In this document: one piece after another, positions 9,503 to 17,018 of the stretch
How positions within the stretch are numbered: the first letter of the stretch is position 1
How the letters are laid out: every line of letters starts with the position of its first letter
DNA from: Acutalibacteraceae bacterium
GTDB taxonomy: Bacteria; Bacillota; Clostridia; Oscillospirales; Acutalibacteraceae
Assembly (NCBI GenBank): GCA_045595445.1
Contig: JAZOAK010000023.1
Location: 44,121 to 108,120 of the forward strand
DNA: 64,000 bases
Reading direction: 5' to 3'
Program-made: the position numbers and the translations under genes
Notes under the pieces: generated by a model
Told to the model about the DNA's origin: nothing
The model's database searches: none
What the model saw: the letters and a program-made list of their open reading frames with translations, nothing else

Positions 9503-9537
9503 AAGCGCTTCTCGCTACGAGCGAGAAGCGCTTTTTT
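9503..9537. terminator. Bidirectional terminator between convergent genes
   Basis: A 14-bp stem AAGCGCTTCTCGCT/AGCGAGAAGCGCTT flanked by an A-run and a T-run. Confidence 0.75.
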
Positions 9538-9892
9538 GTGATTGGCAAAACAGTTCACGAAAGCCGATATACAGCAGCAGCACACCAAAAGCTCGCCGCA
9601 AAAGGCTCGTATCCATGCCGCTTGCCACAAAGGCGGCAACCGCCGAAGTGATCACCCCCGCCACCGAACACCATATCACCGCTTCCCATTCCACGCGTCG
9701 GTTGCGGATATGGGAGATAAGCGCTGTGGGCGCACAGCATAAAAAATACAAGAGATTGATTCCGCCGGCTGCATATTGCTCCACCGCAGCAAAGGTTGTC
9801 AGGTAGACGATAAGCAGCGATCCGCCGCCGATACCGAATCCGCTGATAACACCCGTGATAAGTCCTACCGCTATGGCAAGTGCGATCTTCAC
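9515..9892 (-). CDS. TauE/SafE-family half-size membrane protein (downstream half)
   Basis: 125 aa, about 4 TM segments. Carries the GxGGG motif and LLRRAFGVLLLYIGFR, and is paralogous to the upstream 119-aa ORF. Confidence 0.75.
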   Translation of the reverse strand: MKIALAIAVGLITGVISGFGIGGGSLLIVYLTTFAAVEQYAAGGINLLYFLCCAPTALISHIRNRRVEWEAVIWCSVAGVITSAVAAFVASGMDTSLLRRAFGVLLLYIGFRELFCQSQKSASRS

Positions 9893-10248
9893 AACAACAG
9901 CACCGCCCTTATCCCGCCGTACAGCAACAAAATACCGAACAAACGGCGCAAGAGGGTCACCGACATATTCTTAAAGAAAACGCCCGAGAGCACACCGCCT
10001 GCCGCACCGCCGATGAGATACGGCCAAGCGATGGTGAAGTCCAAACCGCCGCGCATCCAAAAAACGATCAACGATATCGCTGAAAGCGGTACAATGATCG
10101 CAATCGAGGTGGCAAACGCGTGCTTTTGTTTCATCCCCACCCAAGAGGTAAGTAGCGGCACCAAAAACAAGCCGCCGCCCGATCCGAACAAGCCGTTCGC
10201 CACGCCCGCCAAGGCACCGATGATAAGATATTTGTTCGTCGGTTTCAT
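9889..10248 (-). CDS. TauE/SafE-family half-size membrane protein (upstream half)
   Basis: 119 aa with GSGGG and LLRRLFGILLLYGGIR motifs. Its stop overlaps the next start (ATGA at 9889-9892). Confidence 0.75.
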   Translation of the reverse strand: MKPTNKYLIIGALAGVANGLFGSGGGLFLVPLLTSWVGMKQKHAFATSIAIIVPLSAISLIVFWMRGGLDFTIAWPYLIGGAAGGVLSGVFFKNMSVTLLRRLFGILLLYGGIRAVLLL

Positions 10249-10298
10249 AAAGCACCCCCATTTTGAGTTAGGGTGTGCAACTAAAAACGAAATATACG

Positions 10299-10577
10299 TT
10301 ACGGCAATCGCGACACGTGATAACGAAGATAAAACAGCGACAATACCATCGTTTCCATTTCGTCGCGGTCACGCAGCCCTGCATACCAAAATTGACGGTA
10401 GAGTTTGCTGTCCTCCGACAAGAGCTCCGATCGAGAACGCAGCATTTCCCGCCACTCCTCCGGAATGGGATCCGTATACTGTCTGCGAAGAAACTCCTCG
10501 GTTTTGTCTTCTCCCATTCTGCCTTCCAGCAAATCAAGGCAGAGTTCAATCTCTCGAAATAGTTTCATTCTATACAT
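10299..10577 (-). CDS. Hypothetical helical protein (~92 aa)
   Basis: The ORF track gives 97 aa. I prefer the ATG at 10577 because GGTGGTGA lies upstream. No family was recognised. Confidence 0.5.
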   Translation of the reverse strand: MYRMKLFREIELCLDLLEGRMGEDKTEEFLRRQYTDPIPEEWREMLRSRSELLSEDSKLYRQFWYAGLRDRDEMETMVLSLFYLRYHVSRLP

Positions 10578-10672
10578 TTTATTCACCACCATTAGTATTA
10601 CTTTATGCTACTTGGTATGAAATGTCAATATTTCATCGCTTTATATCGCATAATACTCCTGAGGTGAGACGT

Positions 10673-10837
10673 ATGAAACCGCTTAAAGAAAGACTTAGCA
10701 TTACCTTGGACGGCGATATCATCGAAAAAATCAAGGTGTTGGCCGAAGAACAGGATCGCTCCGTATCCCAGTACATCAATTTGGTCTTAAAAAGCCATTT
10801 GAAACGAGTCGACGAAAAGAATGCCAAGAAGCAATAA
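10673..10837 (+). CDS. Ribbon-helix-helix (CopG/Arc-like) small DNA-binding protein, 54 aa
   Basis: MKPLKERLSITLDGDIIEKIKVLAEEQDRSVSQYINLVL shows a beta-strand/helix/helix RHH pattern. A GAGGTGAG RBS is present. This is the only credible part of the long 9776-10837 ORF. Confidence 0.7.
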   Translation: MKPLKERLSITLDGDIIEKIKVLAEEQDRSVSQYINLVLKSHLKRVDEKNAKKQ

Positions 10838-10841
10838 CGAA

Positions 10842-10880
10842 AACCCCCGAGGCCCTTTCACAGCCTCGGGGGTGTTTTAT
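10842..10880. terminator. Bidirectional intrinsic terminator
   Basis: An 11-bp GC-rich stem ACCCCCGAGGC/GCCTCGGGGGT with T-runs on both strands. Confidence 0.75.
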
Positions 10881-11164
10881 TTGTTGGTTATAGGTTTATA
10901 TATCAAGTTTTGATTCGCTGATTATCTTCGCGACTTGGTTATCCTCAGTACATGGGACTATCCCCTTCTTAAATAATTTTCAGGAAACCTCGCATACAAA
11001 TCATGTGAATCACCTTTTTCTTAAAAATAGGACTGCGCTTCTTGTGATCAAAAGTAACTAAACCTTTGGACTCACCTCTTTCAAATTTTTCCGAGGGTTG
11101 CTGTTCAGCCCACGGGACTCACTCCTTTTCTCTGATCTCGTCTTTTTCTCTCTTTCCTTCTGTC
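10845..11164 (-). ncRNA. Candidate ~320-nt non-coding transcript rich in SD-like purine motifs
   Basis: The unit is bounded by the minus-strand promoter at 11171-11199 and the terminator at 10842-10880. No ORF of 60 aa or more exists on either strand. It contains five copies of a ~20-nt motif. See findings. Confidence 0.3.
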
Positions 11165-11170
11165 AACTAT

Positions 11171-11199
11171 ACAATACCACGTTTTATGTGCATTGTCAA
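11171..11199 (-). promoter_or_regulatory. Sigma-A promoter pointing into the ORF-free region
   Basis: Minus strand TTGACA, 17 nt, TATTGT, with a TGG extended -10. It is back-to-back with the DUF1292 promoter. Confidence 0.5.
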
Positions 11200-11246
11200 T
11201 AGTTTTTTATAACTTTTTTGAAAATTTTTATTCAACATTTTTCGAC

Positions 11247-11275
11247 TTGACGAATACGGCAAAAACGATTACAAT
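11247..11275 (+). promoter_or_regulatory. Sigma-A promoter for the DUF1292 gene
   Basis: TTGACG, 17 nt, TACAAT, about 34 nt upstream of the ATG. Confidence 0.6.
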
Positions 11276-11308
11276 AGAAACAGAACAAAAAGAACGGAGA
11301 ATATACCT

Positions 11309-11623
11309 ATGTCCCAAGAATACGGAAACGATATTGTCACCGTCGTGGACGACGAAGGCAATCAACACGAATTTGAGATTTTGGATATGATTGAGACCGA
11401 CGACGGTCGCTACGTGGCGCTGTTGCCCATCTATCACGATCCGAGCGAAATGCTGAACGATGACGGTGAACTGGTCATCTTGACCGTCAAGGAAGAAAAC
11501 GGCGAAGACCTTTTGTTACCCATCGAGGATGACGACGAGTTCGACGAGATTGCGGAGATCTTTGAGGAACGACTTGCAGAACTATACGAGGTTGAAGAGT
11601 TAGAGTCGCCGGCTGACAACTAA
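11309..11623 (+). CDS. DUF1292 (UPF0473) family acidic protein
   Basis: 104 aa. The pattern VTVVDDEGNQHEFEILDMIETDDGRYVALLP and an acidic C-terminus are typical of DUF1292. Confidence 0.85.
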   Translation: MSQEYGNDIVTVVDDEGNQHEFEILDMIETDDGRYVALLPIYHDPSEMLNDDGELVILTVKEENGEDLLLPIEDDDEFDEIAEIFEERLAELYEVEELESPADN

Positions 11624-11830
11624 GTTTGTCCCCCTGCTCTGTGCGTGGACCTATCCCCTTTTAACCCTACTACACTGTGCCAACGGGAGCCAGGCTCCGA
11701 AAGCGGATTGCAGACCTCCCCGCCCTCGGCGGGACGAAGGGAGCGCGAACCTTTTGGGCGGCAACCCACCTGCTTCTATTAGTAGCAGGTTATGCGGGGA
11801 TATTACGGCAGAGCGGGGCAACATACAAAA
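11624..11830 (+). ncRNA. Candidate structured RNA, rod-like (possible 6S RNA)
   Basis: The 5' segment 11624-11672 pairs with the 3' segment 11780-11826 in about 37 bp of interrupted helix. A less-paired centre and a terminal GC hairpin lie between, and a strong terminator follows. There is no ORF. Confidence 0.4.
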
Positions 11831-11836
11831 ACGAAA

Positions 11837-11877
11837 CGACCCGATACGAACATCGTATCGGGTCGCATTTTTATTTG
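11837..11877. terminator. Bidirectional intrinsic terminator
   Basis: A 13-bp perfect stem CGACCCGATACGA/TCGTATCGGGTCG with a 3-nt loop and T-runs on both strands. Confidence 0.8.
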
Positions 11878-12491
11878 TTCGGAATAAGCGGCACGTAATC
11901 AATAGCTTCGCAGACCGGTTCACGCATCCACAAGGATGGTGACACACGCACGGTAAAGCCACAGCCAGCCTCCGCAACCCACTCTGAAACGTCCGCTTGC
12001 GGCAGCGCGTACGCCGCCATGATCAGCATAATGACGCCGCCGTGGGTACAAATGACAGCATCACCGTCGCCTTTTTTCATCACGTCTTCCACGATCGACT
12101 CAAACGCCGCCATGACACGCGCTTGGAACGTGGCGGCATCCTCCCCACCGGGGATGGCGGTCGTGGCACCGGTGATCCATTTTTGAAACTCGTCATCGAA
12201 CTTTAATTCCTCTGCACTTTTGCCGTCCCACTCGCCAAAATCACATTCCGAAAGTTCCGCAACAACCTCAGCGTTACTGTTCGGATACAGCGTTTCCAGC
12301 GTTTGGCGGCAACGAGCAAGAGGGCTTGTATAAAAGTATTTAGCACAAGGATATTCCGCTTCCTCTTTTTTATGCAGCAAATCGGAAAGGCCGGCAGGCG
12401 ACAACGGCAAATCGGTTTTTCCGATATACAACCCCTGCTCGTTTGCCGCAGTCAAGCCGTGACGGATTACATGAATTTTATAGTTTTTCAC
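11871..12491 (-). CDS. Histidine phosphatase (phosphoglycerate mutase/CobC-like) family protein
   Basis: 206 aa with the RHG motif (VIRHGLTAAN) and a C-terminal catalytic His (CTHGG). GTG start with a GGAGG RBS. Confidence 0.8.
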   Translation of the reverse strand: MKNYKIHVIRHGLTAANEQGLYIGKTDLPLSPAGLSDLLHKKEEAEYPCAKYFYTSPLARCRQTLETLYPNSNAEVVAELSECDFGEWDGKSAEELKFDDEFQKWITGATTAIPGGEDAATFQARVMAAFESIVEDVMKKGDGDAVICTHGGVIMLIMAAYALPQADVSEWVAEAGCGFTVRVSPSLWMREPVCEAIDYVPLIPNK

Positions 12492-12605
12492 AGAAATTTC
12501 CTCCTAATATCGGTGGTTTCGACAATTTACAAATCGTAATATCTGCGTTATAATGAAAAACCCACCGTATAATTCGGGGGATTTCACAAGATAGGAGAAA
12601 CGGAA

Positions 12606-13274
12606 ATGCCAACCGGTTTTGCGCGCACCTTGATGCTATTGCGAAAGGAACGCGGTATCAGTCAAAAACAAGCGGCCGCCGCTTTGGATATATCACAAGC
12701 GTTGCTGTCACACTACGAAAAAGGTATTCGGGAATGCCGCTTGGAGTTCGTGGTGCGTGCCGCCGATTATTACAACGTATCGTGCGACTATCTGCTCGGT
12801 CGCACACCGGATAAATCCGGTGCCATGCTCACGGTAGACGATCTGCCGGACGGCGAGCCAAACGTCAAAGACGGTCGTGCGGTAGATAATATGTTGCCGG
12901 TACTGAACAAAAAGTTAGCACTCAATGCGATCAGCGTGTTGTTTGACGTTCTTAAACGGTGTAAACACAAAGAACTGACCGCTGAGGTATCCGCCTACTT
13001 AAACCTCGCGATCTACACCGTGTTCCGCAGTTTATACGCGGCAAACGCCAAAAATCCTAACGCCCTGTTTGCCCTACCGGAAACTTACTGGCAACCGGTG
13101 GTGAACGGTGAGATGGGAATCGGTGCGGCACATATCCGTAAGATCGCCAGAGAAGCATTCTCGGAATCCAAAGCACCCTCGATGTTACCGGACGCATTGG
13201 CAAAATCCTATCCCCTGTTAGCATCATCGCTGATGAACGTGTTGAAGAATGCGGAAGAATCCATCGAACAATAA
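12606..13274 (+). CDS. XRE-family helix-turn-helix transcriptional regulator
   Basis: The N-terminal HTH is LRKERGISQKQAAAALDISQALLSHYEKG. The C-terminal ~150 aa were not recognised. Confidence 0.8.
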   Translation: MPTGFARTLMLLRKERGISQKQAAAALDISQALLSHYEKGIRECRLEFVVRAADYYNVSCDYLLGRTPDKSGAMLTVDDLPDGEPNVKDGRAVDNMLPVLNKKLALNAISVLFDVLKRCKHKELTAEVSAYLNLAIYTVFRSLYAANAKNPNALFALPETYWQPVVNGEMGIGAAHIRKIAREAFSESKAPSMLPDALAKSYPLLASSLMNVLKNAEESIEQ

Positions 13275-13281
13275 ATATGGA

Positions 13282-13311
13282 AAATGCGCGAGTGTTCTCG
13301 CGCATTTTTTA
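13282..13311 (+). terminator. Intrinsic terminator
   Basis: Stem AAATGCGCGAG/CTCGCGCATTT with a 4-nt loop and a T-run. Confidence 0.75.
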
Positions 13312-13363
13312 TTGTAATAACAGTAAGTTCCCGCAAGTTTAATGGCATGAGCGGATTGGGCTT

Positions 13364-14434
13364 TTACTTGAAGACCCACCCGCGCTGAATACGGAAACTG
13401 AGCAAAAATAAGATACAGTCCACAATGAGTTTGAGAAGTGTGGCATTCCAGTTAAGCAATGCATACAAACCACTGGTCGCAAATGCGGAAAGGGACGCTT
13501 GAACCACGCTGAGTATACAATATCTAAACAATCGTCTTCCGGTGTTGCCGTGGCTCTTAAACACCGTCTTTTTGTTCGCGGTAAAGTTAAACAACCCCGA
13601 CAGCACGCGCGCCGCATAGGTAGCAAGCACAATTCGAACTTCGGCGGAAACAGACGGGAACAACCAAGTAAGTACCGCTACCAACAAGGTAAAGGCGAGA
13701 ATATCCACAACAAACGACGAAAGCGACGTCGCGATGAATTTCAAAAACACCGAGTAGATACGCACAGAATCAAGCAAGGGATTAAAATGCGAGGATTTAT
13801 TCTCCTCTATGTATACCGTTTCGATCGGCACTTCTAAAAGAGGCATACCGGATTCGTGTGCATCCAGAATCATATTCATTTCGTACTCAAAACGCTCGCC
13901 CTTAGTCGCCAAAAAGCGGCGCATCGCCTGCGGCGAAAAGCCGCGCAGACCGGTTTGAGTATCCGAAAGCGTGATGCCGCACAACAGACGAAGCACACGG
14001 CTGGTAGTACGGTTGCCGAAACGGCTGCGTGCCGGAATGTTCGGGTTTTTGTTTGAGAAATCGCGGCACCCCATCACCAAAGCATCAGGATGGTCTATAA
14101 CCTCTTTTGCCACGGCAATGGTGTCGGCAATACGGTGCTGGCCATCGGAATCCACCGTAACGGCACCAAGGCACTGTTCATCCTCGTTAAGCAAATGGTT
14201 AAACGCGGTTTTCAGCGCTCTGCCTTTTCCTTGATTTACAGCATGACGAAGCACGGTACAACCATAGTTGTCCCGTGCTTTCTTAAAATAATCATCATAA
14301 TCCGCACTGCTGCCGTCGTTGACAACAAGCAACCGTGCAAAGCCCGCTTCGCACAGATCCGCAAGCAGACTGAGTAATTTATCATCGGGATTCAGCGATG
14401 GGATAATAATTGCCACAGAACGGTAAAGCTCCAT
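13364..14434 (-). CDS. Family-2 glycosyltransferase fused to a GtrA-like membrane domain
   Basis: The GT2 N-terminus carries IIIPSLNPDDK, VVNDGS and DSDGQH. The C-terminal 4-TM region is GtrA-like. Confidence 0.8.
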   Translation of the reverse strand: MELYRSVAIIIPSLNPDDKLLSLLADLCEAGFARLLVVNDGSSADYDDYFKKARDNYGCTVLRHAVNQGKGRALKTAFNHLLNEDEQCLGAVTVDSDGQHRIADTIAVAKEVIDHPDALVMGCRDFSNKNPNIPARSRFGNRTTSRVLRLLCGITLSDTQTGLRGFSPQAMRRFLATKGERFEYEMNMILDAHESGMPLLEVPIETVYIEENKSSHFNPLLDSVRIYSVFLKFIATSLSSFVVDILAFTLLVAVLTWLFPSVSAEVRIVLATYAARVLSGLFNFTANKKTVFKSHGNTGRRLFRYCILSVVQASLSAFATSGLYALLNWNATLLKLIVDCILFLLSFRIQRGWVFK

Positions 14435-14481
14435 ACATACCTCACCTCTGTGTTTCAGTATACCTCAAATCTCGCGCTTTT

Positions 14482-15903
14482 TCAACTGTTTTTGAGCGAT
14501 TTATACAGACGGATATACTCGTTTGCCGAACGCCCCCAACTGAAATCGCAACGCATGGCACGATCGGTCAACAACTGCCAATCCGCCTTGTTGTGATATG
14601 CCCCGATACCGCGGCAAATGGCATACAACATATCGTCGGCATTGTACGTCTTAAAGGTAAATCCGTTACCAAAGCCATCACCGCAATCCTGAATGGAGTC
14701 TTTGAGCCCGCCTGTCTCACGCACGATCGGCACCGCACCGTAACGGCAAGCAACCATTTGCGACAGACCGCACGGTTCGCTCTTAGACGGCATCAAGAAC
14801 AGATCAGACGCAGCGTATATCTTCTGTGCCAGTTCCGGCACAAAACCTGAGCAGAAGCAGAACTTTTCGGGATATTTCTCATACATCGAACGGAAGAACG
14901 TTTCATACGCCCATTCGCCCGAGCCGAGAATCACCACCTGCACGTCCTCCTGCATCAATCTCTCAAACACGTGCTGTACCAAATCAAAGCCCTTATGCGA
15001 GGCAAGACGGCTGACCATACCGATCAGCGGTACATCGTCGCGAACCGGCAATCCCAACCGTTCCTGCAACGCCTTCTTATTGGCAGCTTTGCCCGACGGA
15101 TCCTCTGCCGAATACGGTGCATACAGAAACGGATCGGTAGCAGGATTATAGTTATCGGTATCAATACCGTTGAGAATGCCCGACAATTTCCAACTTCTCA
15201 AACGCAAAATTGGATCCATGCCGTGTGAGAACCACGGATCAAGCAATTCCTCCGCATACGTCGGGCTCACGGTGCTGACGCGATTGGCAGTTTCAATGCC
15301 CGCTTTCATCAAATTGATACAGTCGCCGTGCTGTACGATGTCCCGTGCCTCCTCCGGAAGACCGAACACGTCACCGAAAATCTCCATGCCGTAAATCCCC
15401 TGATACTGGATATTGTGAATGGTATACAGGGTACGAATTGACGAATACGGTTCATCCTTGCCGTAAAACAGCGTGTGATATACCGGAACAAGGGCGGTTT
15501 GCCAGTCGTTTGCATGGATCACGTCCGGCTTGAAATCGATATATTTGAGCATTTCCAGCACCGCGCGAGAGAAGAACGCAAAACGCTCCGCATCATCGTA
15601 GTGGCCGTAAAGGCCCTCGCGCTTGAAATAATACTGGTTATCCAACAGATAATAGATAACACCGTTCACCTTTGCCTCAAAGACACCGCAATACTGACGA
15701 CGCCACGACACGGGAACCGAAAAACTGGTGAGGAAGGTCATTTTCGCACGCAACTCTGCCGGAACACAATCGTACAACGGCATCACCACGCGGCAACCGA
15801 CCAGCCGCGCGCGCAAGGCACGCGGCAACGAACCCGAAACGTCCGCAAGACCGCCCGAAGCCGCAAACGGACGAGCTTCACCGGTAGCAAATAACACTTT
15901 CAT
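14482..15903 (-). CDS. glgA: Glycogen synthase
   Basis: 473 aa. The N-terminus KVLFATGEARPFAASGGLADV is the GlgA signature. Confidence 0.9.
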   Translation of the reverse strand: MKVLFATGEARPFAASGGLADVSGSLPRALRARLVGCRVVMPLYDCVPAELRAKMTFLTSFSVPVSWRRQYCGVFEAKVNGVIYYLLDNQYYFKREGLYGHYDDAERFAFFSRAVLEMLKYIDFKPDVIHANDWQTALVPVYHTLFYGKDEPYSSIRTLYTIHNIQYQGIYGMEIFGDVFGLPEEARDIVQHGDCINLMKAGIETANRVSTVSPTYAEELLDPWFSHGMDPILRLRSWKLSGILNGIDTDNYNPATDPFLYAPYSAEDPSGKAANKKALQERLGLPVRDDVPLIGMVSRLASHKGFDLVQHVFERLMQEDVQVVILGSGEWAYETFFRSMYEKYPEKFCFCSGFVPELAQKIYAASDLFLMPSKSEPCGLSQMVACRYGAVPIVRETGGLKDSIQDCGDGFGNGFTFKTYNADDMLYAICRGIGAYHNKADWQLLTDRAMRCDFSWGRSANEYIRLYKSLKNS

Positions 15904-15907
15904 ACGC

Positions 15908-17017
15908 TTATACCATCGTGCCTTTCTTCACGGAAACAGGGTAATCGGCACAACCTTTGAGCGAGCGGCGATCCCGAATACACACGTTCTTATCCGTGAT
16001 AATATATTCCATCGTACTTCCCGCGCCGATCACGCTGCCCTGCATCAGAATACAGTGATCGATCACCGCATCGCGGTCAACGTGCACGTTGCGGAACAGA
16101 ATGGAATCCCTCACCGCGCCGTCGATCTTACAGCCATCGGCGATCAAAGAATCCGCCACCTGCGCATGTAAGCCGTACAGAGCCGGCGCACAGTCGCGCA
16201 CCTTCGTGTAGATCGGACGGTTGGCAATGAACAATTTTGCCCGAACAGCAGGATCTAACAGTGCCATGTTGGCATTGAAATACCCGGCGAGCGACGAGAT
16301 CGTCATAGCAAATTCGGGAATCTCATACGCATACAAACGGCGGTCACCGATATGGCGCTGTAAGATATCCCACTCAAAACTATACTGATTACGGCTGACT
16401 GCATTTTCTACCAATTGCATAAGCAACGTGCGAGAAACAACGTACAAACCGATGCCGTAAAGCGCCTCGCCAAGCACACGGCGGGTGATGATCATATCGG
16501 TAATACGTCCTTGTTCGTTTACGGTAACGATGGGTGACGCAATGTTTTCCGGCACCGTGCCGCGCAGGCAGGCAACCGTAATATCCGCCCCGCTCTCCAC
16601 GTGAAAATCCACCAAGCGGCGGTAATCTATGTTACCGACGATATGACAATCCGAGAGAATGACATAATCGTGGCGGGAATTTTCCAAAAAGCGGCGCACA
16701 CCGGTAAGCGGCGCGATCCTACCGTTGTACTGATCCTCAGACGCTCCAAACGGAGGCAGGAAATAAAGGCCCTGCGCTTTGCGGGACAGATCCCATGCTT
16801 TACCCGACCCCAAATGGTCCATCATGGATTGATAATTGCTTTTTGTAACAACACCAACCTTCGATACGCCCGCATTGACAAGGTTAGAGAGCGTAAAATC
16901 CACCAAGCGGTATCGACCACCGAACGGAACCGACCCCATAGAGCGGTTCTGCGTAAATTCAGGAAGCGCGTCATCGTGCATATTGGGGAACAACAAACCG
17001 AGTACGGTACGATTCAT
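15908..17017 (-). CDS. glgD: Glucose-1-phosphate adenylyltransferase subunit GlgD
   Basis: 369 aa GlgC paralog lacking the GGxGxRL loop. It sits between glgC and glgA, as is usual in Firmicutes. Confidence 0.85.
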   Translation of the reverse strand: MNRTVLGLLFPNMHDDALPEFTQNRSMGSVPFGGRYRLVDFTLSNLVNAGVSKVGVVTKSNYQSMMDHLGSGKAWDLSRKAQGLYFLPPFGASEDQYNGRIAPLTGVRRFLENSRHDYVILSDCHIVGNIDYRRLVDFHVESGADITVACLRGTVPENIASPIVTVNEQGRITDMIITRRVLGEALYGIGLYVVSRTLLMQLVENAVSRNQYSFEWDILQRHIGDRRLYAYEIPEFAMTISSLAGYFNANMALLDPAVRAKLFIANRPIYTKVRDCAPALYGLHAQVADSLIADGCKIDGAVRDSILFRNVHVDRDAVIDHCILMQGSVIGAGSTMEYIITDKNVCIRDRRSLKGCADYPVSVKKGTMV

Positions 17018-17018
17018 C

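Noticed and set aside
9776-10672. The upstream portion of the 353-aa plus-strand ORF (full ORF 9776-10837), one of the longest unassigned ORFs in the track.
   Set aside because: It runs antisense to the two TauE-half genes and the 92-aa gene. Its composition is low-complexity and Pro/Arg/Thr rich, and it has no RBS at 9776. Only its last 54 codons (10673-10837), which have their own RBS and an RHH pattern, look real.
10951-11135. A CRISPR-like array, suggested by the recurring ~20-nt motif.
   Set aside because: The copies are degenerate, the spacing is irregular (about 27-50 nt), and the window contains no cas genes.
11630-11870. A riboswitch or T-box leader; I looked for a cobalamin box because a CobC-like phosphatase is adjacent.
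   Set aside because: No B12 box, T-box or specifier features were seen. The element lies downstream of both flanking genes, which are convergent, so there is nothing for it to regulate in cis.
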